From NCBI GenBank assembly GCA_964599275.1, contig CAZRFK010000001.1:38277-96959 (forward strand): DNA of 58,683 nucleotides. Reading direction: 5' to 3'. This DNA comes from an uncultured Clostridia bacterium (lineage in GTDB: Bacteria; Bacillota; Sulfobacillia; SLMV01). The position numbers and the translations under genes are program-made. Each line of letters opens with the position of its first letter. Positions within the stretch are counted from its first letter, which is position 1. Below are positions 48,605 to 57,445 of this stretch, piece by piece. The notes under the pieces are model-generated. The model saw only the letters and a program-made list of their open reading frames with translations, ran no database searches and was not told the origin of the DNA.

Positions 48605-49633
48605 CTATCCATCCAGTGCCTCACTCAACAGAGAAGTAAGGGTCTTGACCATACCCATCACTCTGCCGTAGTTCATCCGCCTGGGACCCAGCACTCCTAT
48701 TCTCCCGGCTGACTGCCCCCGAATATAGTAAGTGGAGGTGACAACGCTGCAATCGCTAATCACTTCATATCTATTTTCGCTACCGATCAAAACAAAAATA
48801 TCATCCTCATCAACGCCCTTAAATAAGTTACGGGCAACGGAACGCTGGCTCAATACTCGTAGAACCTTCTGCGCTCTCCGAACATCCTGAAATTCCGGCT
48901 GTTTCATAATATTGGCTGCTCCTTCAAGGCGGTAACGGGTCTCAGCATCATCAGAACTATATGAACTCAATATTTCCATTACTACATCCAGAAGTTGACG
49001 GCAGTGATTGAGTTCTGAATGAACCGCTCTAACTACTGAACTGTTGATAACATCTCCAAGGTTATATCCACGCAGATAGTTGGTCAAAACAGAAGATACA
49101 TGTTTAACTTTCTCAAGAGAAACTCCCTCAGGGTGGTCTACAATCCGATTGTGCACAAATCCTTCCTCGGTTACGATCAACAGCATCATCCTGTGGTCGC
49201 CCAGAGGTACCATTTCTACTGTATTTAAAACTGCAGCACTGGGGGACGGTTCAGCAACCAACGAAAGACAATCTGTAATCTCAGAAAGCAGTTTACCGGT
49301 AGCCTCCAATACTGCATCTACTTCAGATGCATGCCGGCCCAAAGCCTCACGCATTCGTTCCAGTTGAAGGTGTGTTGGCGACGAAATATTGGCCATCTCA
49401 TCTACATAAAAGCGGTATCCTGCATCTGATGGCATACGACCTGCGGAAGTATGTGGCTGTTCAAGATAGCCAAGCTCTTCAAGATCTGCCATCTCATTGC
49501 GAATGGTCGCTGAACTAACCCCGAGATCTGACTCTCGAGCAATGGTTCGCGACCCTACTGGCTCAGCATTGGCAACATAGACCTCAACAACCGCCCGCAG
49601 CACCTTTCTTTTTCTCTCATCAAGTCGAGCCAT
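48605..49633 (-). CDS. hrcA: Heat-inducible transcription repressor HrcA
   Basis: LDERKRKVLRAVVEVYVANAEPVGSRTIA is the winged-helix N-terminus. The ATG at 49633 is preceded by GAAGGGGGTG. The track start at 49690 abuts the CIRCE element. Confidence 0.9.
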   Translation of the reverse strand: MARLDERKRKVLRAVVEVYVANAEPVGSRTIARESDLGVSSATIRNEMADLEELGYLEQPHTSAGRMPSDAGYRFYVDEMANISSPTHLQLERMREALGRHASEVDAVLEATGKLLSEITDCLSLVAEPSPSAAVLNTVEMVPLGDHRMMLLIVTEEGFVHNRIVDHPEGVSLEKVKHVSSVLTNYLRGYNLGDVINSSVVRAVHSELNHCRQLLDVVMEILSSYSSDDAETRYRLEGAANIMKQPEFQDVRRAQKVLRVLSQRSVARNLFKGVDEDDIFVLIGSENRYEVISDCSVVTSTYYIRGQSAGRIGVLGPRRMNYGRVMGMVKTLTSLLSEALDG

Positions 49634-49691
49634 ACAAACACCCCCTTCACATCCGGCAAGCAGCATATGCGACCGATACTCAGGAATCATC

Positions 49692-49718
49692 TTAGCACTC
49701 GTCCCGGGAGAGTGCTAA
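49692..49718 (-). promoter_or_regulatory. CIRCE operator (HrcA binding site), perfect consensus
   Basis: TTAGCACTC-gtcccggga-GAGTGCTAA, about 59 nt upstream of the hrcA ATG. A TTGACA lies at 49756-49751 (minus strand) further upstream. Confidence 0.95.
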
Positions 49719-49866
49719 TCATTTTTAAAGTTACCACGGAGTTCAACAAATGTCAACGATGCCCCAATGGTCTTCTTATGTCCAATATTGATCTAACTGA
49801 CGTATCACTATTTACCTTTTACCTCATACTACATACGAAATCTCAAGGGAGCGAGGTGAAATAACA

Positions 49867-50193
49867 ATGGTACAAACCTTGATTCGTTTCGCCGTTGCTG
49901 TCTTAGCATTAATGCTGGTTGGATACATTGTTCCTGGGTTCAGTCCTCTTACCATTACGAACGCATTGCTGGCCGCACTGGCCATATCGGTGATAGCCTG
50001 GGGAATCGAAGCAATTGTCGGCGAAGATATCAGTCCGCGAAGCAGAGGTCTGGTCAGTTTTTTGGTCTCTGCCGCGGTTATATGGAGTGTACAATATATT
50101 GTTCCTGCCATGAGTGTAACTATCTTGGGAGCCCTTCTTGCCGCTTTGGTAATTGGACTGGTCGATGGTGTTGTACCGACCACTGTGCGGTAG
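49867..50193 (+). CDS. Small 4-TM membrane protein, DUF360 / phage-holin-family-4-like (YvlD-type)
   Basis: It is 108 aa with four hydrophobic segments. GAGCGAGGTG lies upstream of the ATG. The family call is from memory. Confidence 0.55.
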   Translation: MVQTLIRFAVAVLALMLVGYIVPGFSPLTITNALLAALAISVIAWGIEAIVGEDISPRSRGLVSFLVSAAVIWSVQYIVPAMSVTILGALLAALVIGLVDGVVPTTVR

Positions 50194-50219
50194 GACTTTA
50201 TACATCCTTCCTCTAAGCA

Positions 50220-50247
50220 CCCCCGGAAAGAGGCCTCTTTCCGGGGG
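50220..50247. terminator. Perfect 28-nt palindrome (14-bp arms) between the holin-like gene and spoIIP, without a U tract
   Basis: CCCCCGGAAAGAGG|CCTCTTTCCGGGGG. Confidence 0.45.
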
Positions 50248-50295
50248 TCCGAACAGACTCATTTCATATCCTTACCTGCAAATTAGTATCATTGA

Positions 50296-51579
50296 ATGAA
50301 GCAGCATTACAAATACGAAAGCGCAATTTTCTTTTTTATCATGGATACCTGCCCGAAACAGGCGGAGGTGCTGATTGTGCAATGGCGGCCTGACCGTATT
50401 ACCATGCTGGTTATTCTTGCGTATTTTATAACTGTCGCGAGCAGCTTTTTACTCATGTGGGCCAACCAACAACCAGCTGACCCTTTTGACCAACCGGCCA
50501 CCCCTGTGTTTGGTCAAAAAGATGAGTCTCCTCCTGCCAGCGATAAACTCACCATCCCAGTTTTGGGACAACTGCAGATATCCACAGACTCTTACCAAAA
50601 CATAATAACCCGCGGGATACCCGGGTTAAAAGTTGAAGAACAGCCCACAGAGACTTCGTCATGGTATCAGATATTGGATGAAACACTTTACATCTTGACT
50701 GATATACGTGTTTCGCAGCCGTTGAGCTATCTGCGGACTTCTTATCCCATGTTATCGCTGGCCATGCCTCCCGGACCCGGAACAAAACCTCATTACGTAA
50801 TGCATCTACCCTCAGACGAATTTTCGGAGGACGAGCCTCCCGGTGAACAACACTCAACTGAGGATGCTAAATCGTCAGAGGAAAATGACAAAGATTTATG
50901 GCTCGGCGAGGATGAACCTGCAGTTATTATTTACCATAGTCATACTCAGGAGTCATTTTGGGATGCAGTGCGGGACGCAACCGGGGGGCAAAGCCCGCAG
51001 GATCCCTTCATTCGTGATGGTGACTACAATATGCTGAGAGTTGGCGAAGAACTGGCTGATGAACTGAACAGCCGTTACGGAGTGGCCACTATTCATGTCC
51101 GCGAATATTTTGATACGCTACCAGATGACACAGGGATGAATCGGGTAGGGGCATACGCCCGCTCCGGAGATAAAATCACCACCCTGCAAAAAGAGTATCC
51201 ATCTGCCCGGATCCTCCTTGATGTTCACAGGGATGCCACTCCCCGCGATGTCACTGTCTTTCGCGATGAAGTAACCGGTAAAAAGGGAGCCAGAGTCATG
51301 ATGGTAGTTGGCTCAGATACTTATCTGGACCATCCAGAGTGGGAAAAGAATCTTCAGTTTGCAGAAACCATAGCTGACATCATGGAGGAGAAATATCCTG
51401 GTTTATTTTTGCGCATCCTGCAAAGAGATTATCGTTTCAATCAACACCTTTCTCCAGGAGCACTGCTTCTGGAGATGGGAGGAGCTGAGAACACCCTTGA
51501 TGAAGCGTTAAAGAGTGCCCGCATGATGGCCAGAGTCATTGCAATTGCCCTGAAAAGAAACCTGGTTCCAACCCCGTAA
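50296..51579 (+). CDS. spoIIP: Stage II sporulation protein P (SpoIIP)
   Basis: VIIYHSHTQESF and the DVHRDA motif are typical of SpoIIP amidase/endopeptidase. The likely true start is the GTG at 50377 (GGAGGTG 6 nt upstream), just before the TM segment. Confidence 0.85.
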   Translation: MKQHYKYESAIFFFIMDTCPKQAEVLIVQWRPDRITMLVILAYFITVASSFLLMWANQQPADPFDQPATPVFGQKDESPPASDKLTIPVLGQLQISTDSYQNIITRGIPGLKVEEQPTETSSWYQILDETLYILTDIRVSQPLSYLRTSYPMLSLAMPPGPGTKPHYVMHLPSDEFSEDEPPGEQHSTEDAKSSEENDKDLWLGEDEPAVIIYHSHTQESFWDAVRDATGGQSPQDPFIRDGDYNMLRVGEELADELNSRYGVATIHVREYFDTLPDDTGMNRVGAYARSGDKITTLQKEYPSARILLDVHRDATPRDVTVFRDEVTGKKGARVMMVVGSDTYLDHPEWEKNLQFAETIADIMEEKYPGLFLRILQRDYRFNQHLSPGALLLEMGGAENTLDEALKSARMMARVIAIALKRNLVPTP

Positions 51580-51582
51580 GCA

Positions 51583-51611
51583 TTGAAGGAAAGCTGGTTG
51601 TATGCTAAGAT
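51583..51611 (+). promoter_or_regulatory. Sigma-A promoter candidate for rpsT (TTGAAG-17-TGcTAAGAT)
   Basis: Hexamers at 51583-51588 and 51606-51611 with a 17-nt spacer and a TG extension. Confidence 0.5.
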
Positions 51612-51630
51612 GCTTTGGGAGGTGATTTAA

Positions 51631-51918
51631 TTGCCCAAAACTAAATCTGCAGCAAAACGGATAAAAACTTCTGAAAAACGAAGAAAGCGCAATCAACGTG
51701 TAAAAAGCACCATGAGAACAGCTATTCGTAATTTTGAGAACTCCCTGGAAAACGGGAGCGAAGAAGAAATGTCAGAAGCATTGAGAAAGGCTGTTAGCTG
51801 CATAGACCGAGCCGTTTCCAAAGGAGTTCTTCACAGAAACACAGCTGATCGGAGAAAATCCAAGCTGCATAGAAGATTTAATCAACACACAGGCGAAGAC
51901 CAGCAAGAAGAAAACTGA
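51631..51918 (+). CDS. rpsT: 30S ribosomal protein S20
   Basis: PKTKSAAKRIKTSEKRRKRNQRVKSTMRTAI. The TTG start is preceded by GGGAGGTG. Confidence 0.9.
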   Translation: MPKTKSAAKRIKTSEKRRKRNQRVKSTMRTAIRNFENSLENGSEEEMSEALRKAVSCIDRAVSKGVLHRNTADRRKSKLHRRFNQHTGEDQQEEN

Positions 51919-51919
51919 A

Positions 51920-52007
51920 GGCCACACAAACGGAAATACTCCCGTGTAGCCTTCCCTCGCTTTTTGTCGCGGAGCGGGACCAGTTTGCCCGTCAACGGTC
52001 TGGTCCC
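51920..52007. terminator. Hairpins in the convergent rpsT/holA junction
   Basis: GGCCACAC-16 nt-GTGTAGCC at 51920-51951, with one mismatch. GGGACCAG-16 nt-CTGGTCCC at 51976-52007, spanning the holA stop codon. The U tracts are poor. Confidence 0.35.
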
Positions 52008-53041
52008 AAGCTGGTCCTTTCTGTTTGAACCTCCGGATCAGAAAGCATAACTACCAGACGCTCTACAGCCAACTCTGCTGGCCACTGCCCTTTTTTAATC
52101 CCCAGGTCACACTGCCATATTATTTCTAAAGACTGCTGCAGCTCCCTCGAGGTGAAGTTACGTCCCTGCTTGGCATATTTGCGCACCACAAATCCAGGTA
52201 ACTCCAGTTCACCGGCAATTTTCCTGTTATTGTACCCGCGACTACGGTAATACTGAGTATGCCAGATTAAACGCACCTGCCTGGCAATCATAGCCAATAG
52301 CATGAGAGGTTCTGCACCATCCTGCAGCATTCTTTTCACCTGCACAACTGCTGTCTCAGCCTGGCGGCGGCCCACTGCATCCACCAGAGCAAATATATTC
52401 TGCTCAGGAGGCAGACAGGACAGAGTCGAAACATCATCAGCGGTGATCGTACTACGTTTGCCGGCGAAGGTGCATATTTTCTCCAGCTCCTGTCGGATTA
52501 AACTCAAGGGAGCATCATATTCTGCCAGCATCTGAAGTGCCTCACTCGTGATATTTTTTCCACGTGCCCTGGTAATCCTCTTGATCCAGTCTCTCAGTTG
52601 GGTCCCGTCAGGACGATCACAGGACACTTCCCGTGCATCAACTGATGAACTGATACGGCGGTAAAGGCTTCTGCGCTTGTCTAACTTTGAAGTAATTATA
52701 CATAAACAGTTGCTGAAATTGGGGTTTTCCACATAAGACACCCAACGCTTTGTTTCCTCTTCATCTTTTCCCGCAATAACCGGAGGATCTACCGCTACTA
52801 CTAACCTCGTATTGCCGTCGAAAGTGAGTGTACGGCAAGCTCCCAAAACTGTCTCAGCATTGGCCTCATCCCCAACGAACTTCTGATAATTCAACGAGGA
52901 ATTCTCCAGATCCCCAATACCCAGCTGCTGTCTCAAGACTTGCAGAAATTCTCGACGGCGTTCGGATTCCTCGCCGTGTAAGAGATAAACTGCAGCTGTG
53001 TCACCCTCTTGTAGTTCGGCGAGCACATCATCAAAATTCAT
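51992..53041 (-). CDS. holA: DNA polymerase III delta subunit
   Basis: It has the expected size. The N-terminus VYLLHGEE is typical, and the position between comEC and rpsT is conserved. Confidence 0.85.
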   Translation of the reverse strand: MNFDDVLAELQEGDTAAVYLLHGEESERRREFLQVLRQQLGIGDLENSSLNYQKFVGDEANAETVLGACRTLTFDGNTRLVVAVDPPVIAGKDEEETKRWVSYVENPNFSNCLCIITSKLDKRRSLYRRISSSVDAREVSCDRPDGTQLRDWIKRITRARGKNITSEALQMLAEYDAPLSLIRQELEKICTFAGKRSTITADDVSTLSCLPPEQNIFALVDAVGRRQAETAVVQVKRMLQDGAEPLMLLAMIARQVRLIWHTQYYRSRGYNNRKIAGELELPGFVVRKYAKQGRNFTSRELQQSLEIIWQCDLGIKKGQWPAELAVERLVVMLSDPEVQTERTSLGPDR

Positions 53042-53069
53042 TACTAACCCCCATAAATGTTTCAGGCAT

Positions 53070-54752
53070 TCAGTCCAAAATCAATGTTTTCTGCGGAGAA
53101 CCTGCTCGCTCTCCCTCAATCTCCAGCTTGACATTGGATATATCCTCATCTGTTCCCTTGACCACCCATTCAATTTTTTCTGCGTTTTTGACAGCAGTCC
53201 GCTCACTGGCTGTGCTGCGCCCAGCCAGATGACCAGTGCTGCCGCGAATATCTCCCTTGATCAGTTCAACCCGTTCGGGTAAATGCAGAACGAATTCCGG
53301 ACCATCAGAAAAAATGTTACGACCTTTGCTGGTTGCACTGGTACCCAGCCAACCGCAATTGTGGACCGCAGCTGTAAGCACATATATCTGGGTATCCGAA
53401 ATTTGTCGTCCGCAGAATTGGTCTATTTTTAGCATCGGCAAGGCAGCACTTGTGCTCAATGCAGCCATAGCATTTTTATGACATTCCTGTGCCAAAAACT
53501 CGACAGGAGGATTGACCAGATCAAACTTACCCTCGATACCACCTATCTCAACTTCCCCCAGCTGGGGATGCTCAAATGAGGTCCAGTCATGAAAGGCGCC
53601 TGGCACATTTTCATCAAGCCAATTTAGGACCTTTAAATCCTGCTCTTCTTTTGCCTGTGGCGACATCAGAAATCTCTCCTTGAGAGGTTTTCTATCAACG
53701 CCAGCACGCTCGTAAAGGTTCCACAGTTCTGGAGCAAAAACCACTATTCCATGCATCTCGTAAGCAAAATCCACAAAACTACCACAGTTGGGACGCTTTT
53801 TATCCATGGTCATTGCATCCCAGACCGACTCACAAGGATATCCGGTGATGTTTCTGGCACGACGTCCTAGCTCAGTGAATAATCCTAGATCCTGCATATT
53901 CATCTCAGCATCTGAGTGAACACATGGAGGTCGAAGATAAATGCCTCCTGTAGTATGAAACGAAGTTGCCGCAGAAATGTTGGGGTGATCGGCGAAGAAT
54001 TCAGCAACATTATATGTTTCTGGCTCCGAAAGTGGATAGGGGCCGGCCCCAGACTGCTGCCGAGAATCCTTCCAGTTTGCTGGATAGTTTCGATTGAGAT
54101 CGATTCCCCACCTGGGAGGAGCACTCTCCACTGTGACTCCATCATAGTCCTTGATCATACCTTCTGTATAAAGATTGTAGTATTCGCCGCCCTCTTCATC
54201 CGGATCCCTTTTGACCATCAGACGCGGATCTTTATCTGATATTTTCCAGCCACCGCTCTGATCAGGTACCCTCATCTGCAAGATTTTACCGTCACCGTTA
54301 ATATCTTCAGGCTGCAGACCACTTGACTGCTCAGTCTGTGCAGGCCAAAGTCGTACGCTGGATCTGAGAGAGTGAGGGCTGGTTAAATATTTTTCTGAAC
54401 CATCGGGACTGATACGGGGTACAATGTAATGAGTAAAACGGCTAACAAGGTTTGTCACCTGATCATTCTGCTTATAATTTACCAGCAGGTAACGAATGAG
54501 ATAAAGTGCCACCATGGAGCCAGTAACTTCTCCAGCGTGATGATTTGCATCTATATAATGTGCTGGCTTGTCTTCAGCCGGACCAGTCCTTTCATCGGTA
54601 ACAGTTACTACCCAGACGTTTCTGCCTTCATAGCTTTTGCCCATTGAGTCAAGCGACATTAAACTGGGATACTCACGACTTAACTGGCGCAGTTGTTCGG
54701 TTATCTCCTCGTAGCTTAAATAAGTGTCAAAGTCAAATTGTGGCTGGTTCAT
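53070..54752 (-). CDS. M14-family zinc carboxypeptidase, no signal peptide
   Basis: YEGRNVWVVTV and the zinc ligand motif ANHHAGEVTG (HxxE). It is 560 aa with a C-terminal extra domain. Confidence 0.8.
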   Translation of the reverse strand: MNQPQFDFDTYLSYEEITEQLRQLSREYPSLMSLDSMGKSYEGRNVWVVTVTDERTGPAEDKPAHYIDANHHAGEVTGSMVALYLIRYLLVNYKQNDQVTNLVSRFTHYIVPRISPDGSEKYLTSPHSLRSSVRLWPAQTEQSSGLQPEDINGDGKILQMRVPDQSGGWKISDKDPRLMVKRDPDEEGGEYYNLYTEGMIKDYDGVTVESAPPRWGIDLNRNYPANWKDSRQQSGAGPYPLSEPETYNVAEFFADHPNISAATSFHTTGGIYLRPPCVHSDAEMNMQDLGLFTELGRRARNITGYPCESVWDAMTMDKKRPNCGSFVDFAYEMHGIVVFAPELWNLYERAGVDRKPLKERFLMSPQAKEEQDLKVLNWLDENVPGAFHDWTSFEHPQLGEVEIGGIEGKFDLVNPPVEFLAQECHKNAMAALSTSAALPMLKIDQFCGRQISDTQIYVLTAAVHNCGWLGTSATSKGRNIFSDGPEFVLHLPERVELIKGDIRGSTGHLAGRSTASERTAVKNAEKIEWVVKGTDEDISNVKLEIEGERAGSPQKTLILD

Positions 54753-54870
54753 GGTGTGCGGAGCTTTAAATAAGCACCGCCTACCCTCCTTTCGTGAAGT
54801 AAACTAAACTGACAAGACTCTGCATCGTATTTTAATTTCAACATAGAACAACCAGTTCCCTTTTTACATA

Positions 54871-57306
54871 TCATCGTCCTGCAAGAGGAAACATGGTTTC
54901 TACCCACCACTGTTTTCCATCTGTATGCAGCATCACCGCACCTACTTCCTTGGTAGTCAGGGTCTTCACGCCAGCAGTATGTAACCTCTCAATGGTATTT
55001 GGACAGGGCATTCCATAGGGGTTTTGCCGCCCCACTGGAACTACAGCCATTACCGGTCTTACCCGGGACAAAAAGCTCCACTGAGTTGAACGAGCGCCTC
55101 CATGATGCCCCACCTTCAACACAGTCGAAGAAAGTCTGGAATCTTCCTTGTGCAGCAGCAACCTTTCTCCCAAACCTTCTACATCCCCCATGGCCAGCAT
55201 TGACCAGCTGCCGTAAGAAATTTTAGCTGCAACACTGCGCTCATTAAGATCCATTCCGGGATCAATATCCTCTGGTGGCCACAGCACCTCCATCTTAAAT
55301 TCTCCGGACATAACCGAACCTTCTCTGGAGGACCAAGAAATAGATTCAATTCTATCATCTTCAGCCAGCCAATCACCCCATATAGATGGTGACGGCACAC
55401 GATTTTTGTCCTGTAGATCCTGTGGACCCAACCACAAGTTCCTGACTTTGACATGCTGCAGTAGATCAGAAGTTCCTCCAATGTGGTCCAGATGACTGTG
55501 CGTCAGTATAAGATAATCAATTTCTGCAATGCCCCGGCTCAAAATATAGGGTGCAACCTCTTTTTGGAGGATGGAACCTCCCTGCCAGTCAAAAGGCCCA
55601 GTGTCGATCATTACAGTTTTCCCCCCAGGGTCTTCAATCAAAATGCAATCACCCTGCCCTACATCAAAAAACACAACCCTCAGCAGGCCTGCTCCAGAAT
55701 TAGGTGCAAAAAGAACCAGGAGCAAAGTAATGAGCCATATCCCAGCAGCCCTGAATATTTTTGACGACGAAGCTTTTCGCCCCAACACAGGAGCAGACTC
55801 CGGTTCAATCGATTCCAGTTTTGGCGGGGGAAAAACAGCCCACATGGAACCATAAAAAAACAGAAAAAGTCGAGGAACAGGCGAAGCTGATAGACTCGCC
55901 GACATAGAACCAAGCCACTGTACCAAAGTCAATAAAAGTGCCAGTGGACGGCTCGACACCAACAGCAGCAGGTTTGCACCCCCGGCTGAAGCAACCAGAG
56001 CACAAAACCACGCAGATAACATCACCGGAACCATCAACGGGACCAGCAGTGGGTTAACCAGAAGGGCCCAAAGAGAGCAATCATTGAAGTGATATAAAAT
56101 TAAAGGAGCGGTAGCAAGATAAACACCTGTTGAAGCCGCTGCTGTTTTTACAATTAACCCTGAAGTCCATCTTTCGCTGATCATCAGAGATATCCACTGT
56201 TCTAGTTGTGGAGTTATGCACGCAAGCCCCCAACATGCCGCAAAAGACAGTTGAAACCCAACATCAAAAAGCATCCCTGGATTGCTCACTAACAGCAAAA
56301 GAGCAGCTCCGGCCAGGGAATTGAGGAAATCTCCCTTGAAGCCCAATTTCTGCGACCACAGCCACACCAAAAACAATATCGCAGCCCGCCATACCGATGG
56401 TCTGCCTCCCACCAACTGACAGTACATCAAAACCCCGGAGGCAGCAAAATAGGGCACCGACTTCTGGGGAAGAACAAATGATAAAACCCAGAGAAGAGCC
56501 ATCCCAAACACTGCCAAATGCAGGCCAGATATAGCCAGGAGGTGCCCCAGTCCTGCCCGACGAAAATCTTCGAATATCCGATGGGGAAGTTCACTGCGGA
56601 TTCCCAGAGTAAGTGCGGCAACAGTTCCAGCAAGTTCCGGGCTTAAATTCGGACCCAGGTTTTTCATCATTCGTTCAAATACTCTGTGCCGCCACAATCC
56701 AATATTCCAAAACGGCGGCGTTGCCTTCTCCATTACCTCTTCTGCAAAATATACATAGCCTATCCCCCGGTTCATAAGATGGTTGCGATAATCGAAAGTA
56801 TGAGGATTACGTGCCGCAAATGGACGGGCAAAAACTCCCTCAATCTGGTATTGTCCACCAGAAATTATTGTGTCCTCATCACTGAAAACCATTATTCGTC
56901 TGTTGGTGTAATAGTTTATGTCTCTCCTGTTATCTGAATCTTGTACTGAAAGGACTTTTGCCTCCCACCTCAGCCTGTCACCGTTTGAAGTAGTTTCAGG
57001 ATGACTCACAGCCTCAACCAACAAAGGCAGCTGTCGCTCCTCGTTGATTGATAGTGAACCGTCGGTTACAGCAGACACAAAACCGATGTAATGAAACCAA
57101 CCGGCACAGAACACCGCCAGAAGAAGAGAAACCCAGACAATCGTTGGTACAGAGGATCTTCCCCGAAGAAAGTAAGCTCCAGTAGAAACAAACAATCCCA
57201 AAACGACTACTGTTACCACCAACCAGGTGGGAGCCATCTCAAAGTACCCGGCAGATAATATTCCAGCAGCAAAACTGATTGTTAAAAAACAAAAAGGCCT
57301 CTGCAA
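54871..57306 (-). CDS. comEC: DNA internalisation competence protein ComEC/Rec2
   Basis: A multi-TM competence domain and a C-terminal metallo-beta-lactamase domain (LILTHSHLDHIGG, VGHHG). Confidence 0.9.
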   Translation of the reverse strand: MQRPFCFLTISFAAGILSAGYFEMAPTWLVVTVVVLGLFVSTGAYFLRGRSSVPTIVWVSLLLAVFCAGWFHYIGFVSAVTDGSLSINEERQLPLLVEAVSHPETTSNGDRLRWEAKVLSVQDSDNRRDINYYTNRRIMVFSDEDTIISGGQYQIEGVFARPFAARNPHTFDYRNHLMNRGIGYVYFAEEVMEKATPPFWNIGLWRHRVFERMMKNLGPNLSPELAGTVAALTLGIRSELPHRIFEDFRRAGLGHLLAISGLHLAVFGMALLWVLSFVLPQKSVPYFAASGVLMYCQLVGGRPSVWRAAILFLVWLWSQKLGFKGDFLNSLAGAALLLLVSNPGMLFDVGFQLSFAACWGLACITPQLEQWISLMISERWTSGLIVKTAAASTGVYLATAPLILYHFNDCSLWALLVNPLLVPLMVPVMLSAWFCALVASAGGANLLLLVSSRPLALLLTLVQWLGSMSASLSASPVPRLFLFFYGSMWAVFPPPKLESIEPESAPVLGRKASSSKIFRAAGIWLITLLLVLFAPNSGAGLLRVVFFDVGQGDCILIEDPGGKTVMIDTGPFDWQGGSILQKEVAPYILSRGIAEIDYLILTHSHLDHIGGTSDLLQHVKVRNLWLGPQDLQDKNRVPSPSIWGDWLAEDDRIESISWSSREGSVMSGEFKMEVLWPPEDIDPGMDLNERSVAAKISYGSWSMLAMGDVEGLGERLLLHKEDSRLSSTVLKVGHHGGARSTQWSFLSRVRPVMAVVPVGRQNPYGMPCPNTIERLHTAGVKTLTTKEVGAVMLHTDGKQWWVETMFPLAGR

Positions 57307-57344
57307 GCAAATTCATCCAATGGAATGGTCGGCTAATATACTGT

Positions 57345-57373
57345 AGTGTAAATTATTTACATTCCGAAGTCAA
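57345..57373 (-). promoter_or_regulatory. Sigma-A promoter candidate for comEC (TTGACT-17-TACACT) overlapped by a 7-1-7 perfect inverted repeat (57347-57361)
   Basis: Minus strand: TTGACT at 57373-57368, a 17-nt spacer, TACACT at 57350-57345. The inverted repeat TGTAAAT-A-ATTTACA spans the spacer and the -10 element. Confidence 0.35.
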
Positions 57374-57407
57374 TGATAGAAGTTAATTATGAGGTTCTGA
57401 AGGGAAG

Positions 57408-57433
57408 GGGGCTCCCCGATAAAGCAGAGCCCC
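57408..57433 (-). terminator. Hairpin after the aminotransferase gene (weak terminator, no U tract)
   Basis: GGGGCTC-12 nt-GAGCCCC. Confidence 0.3.
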
Positions 57434-57445
57434 AATGATAAAATT

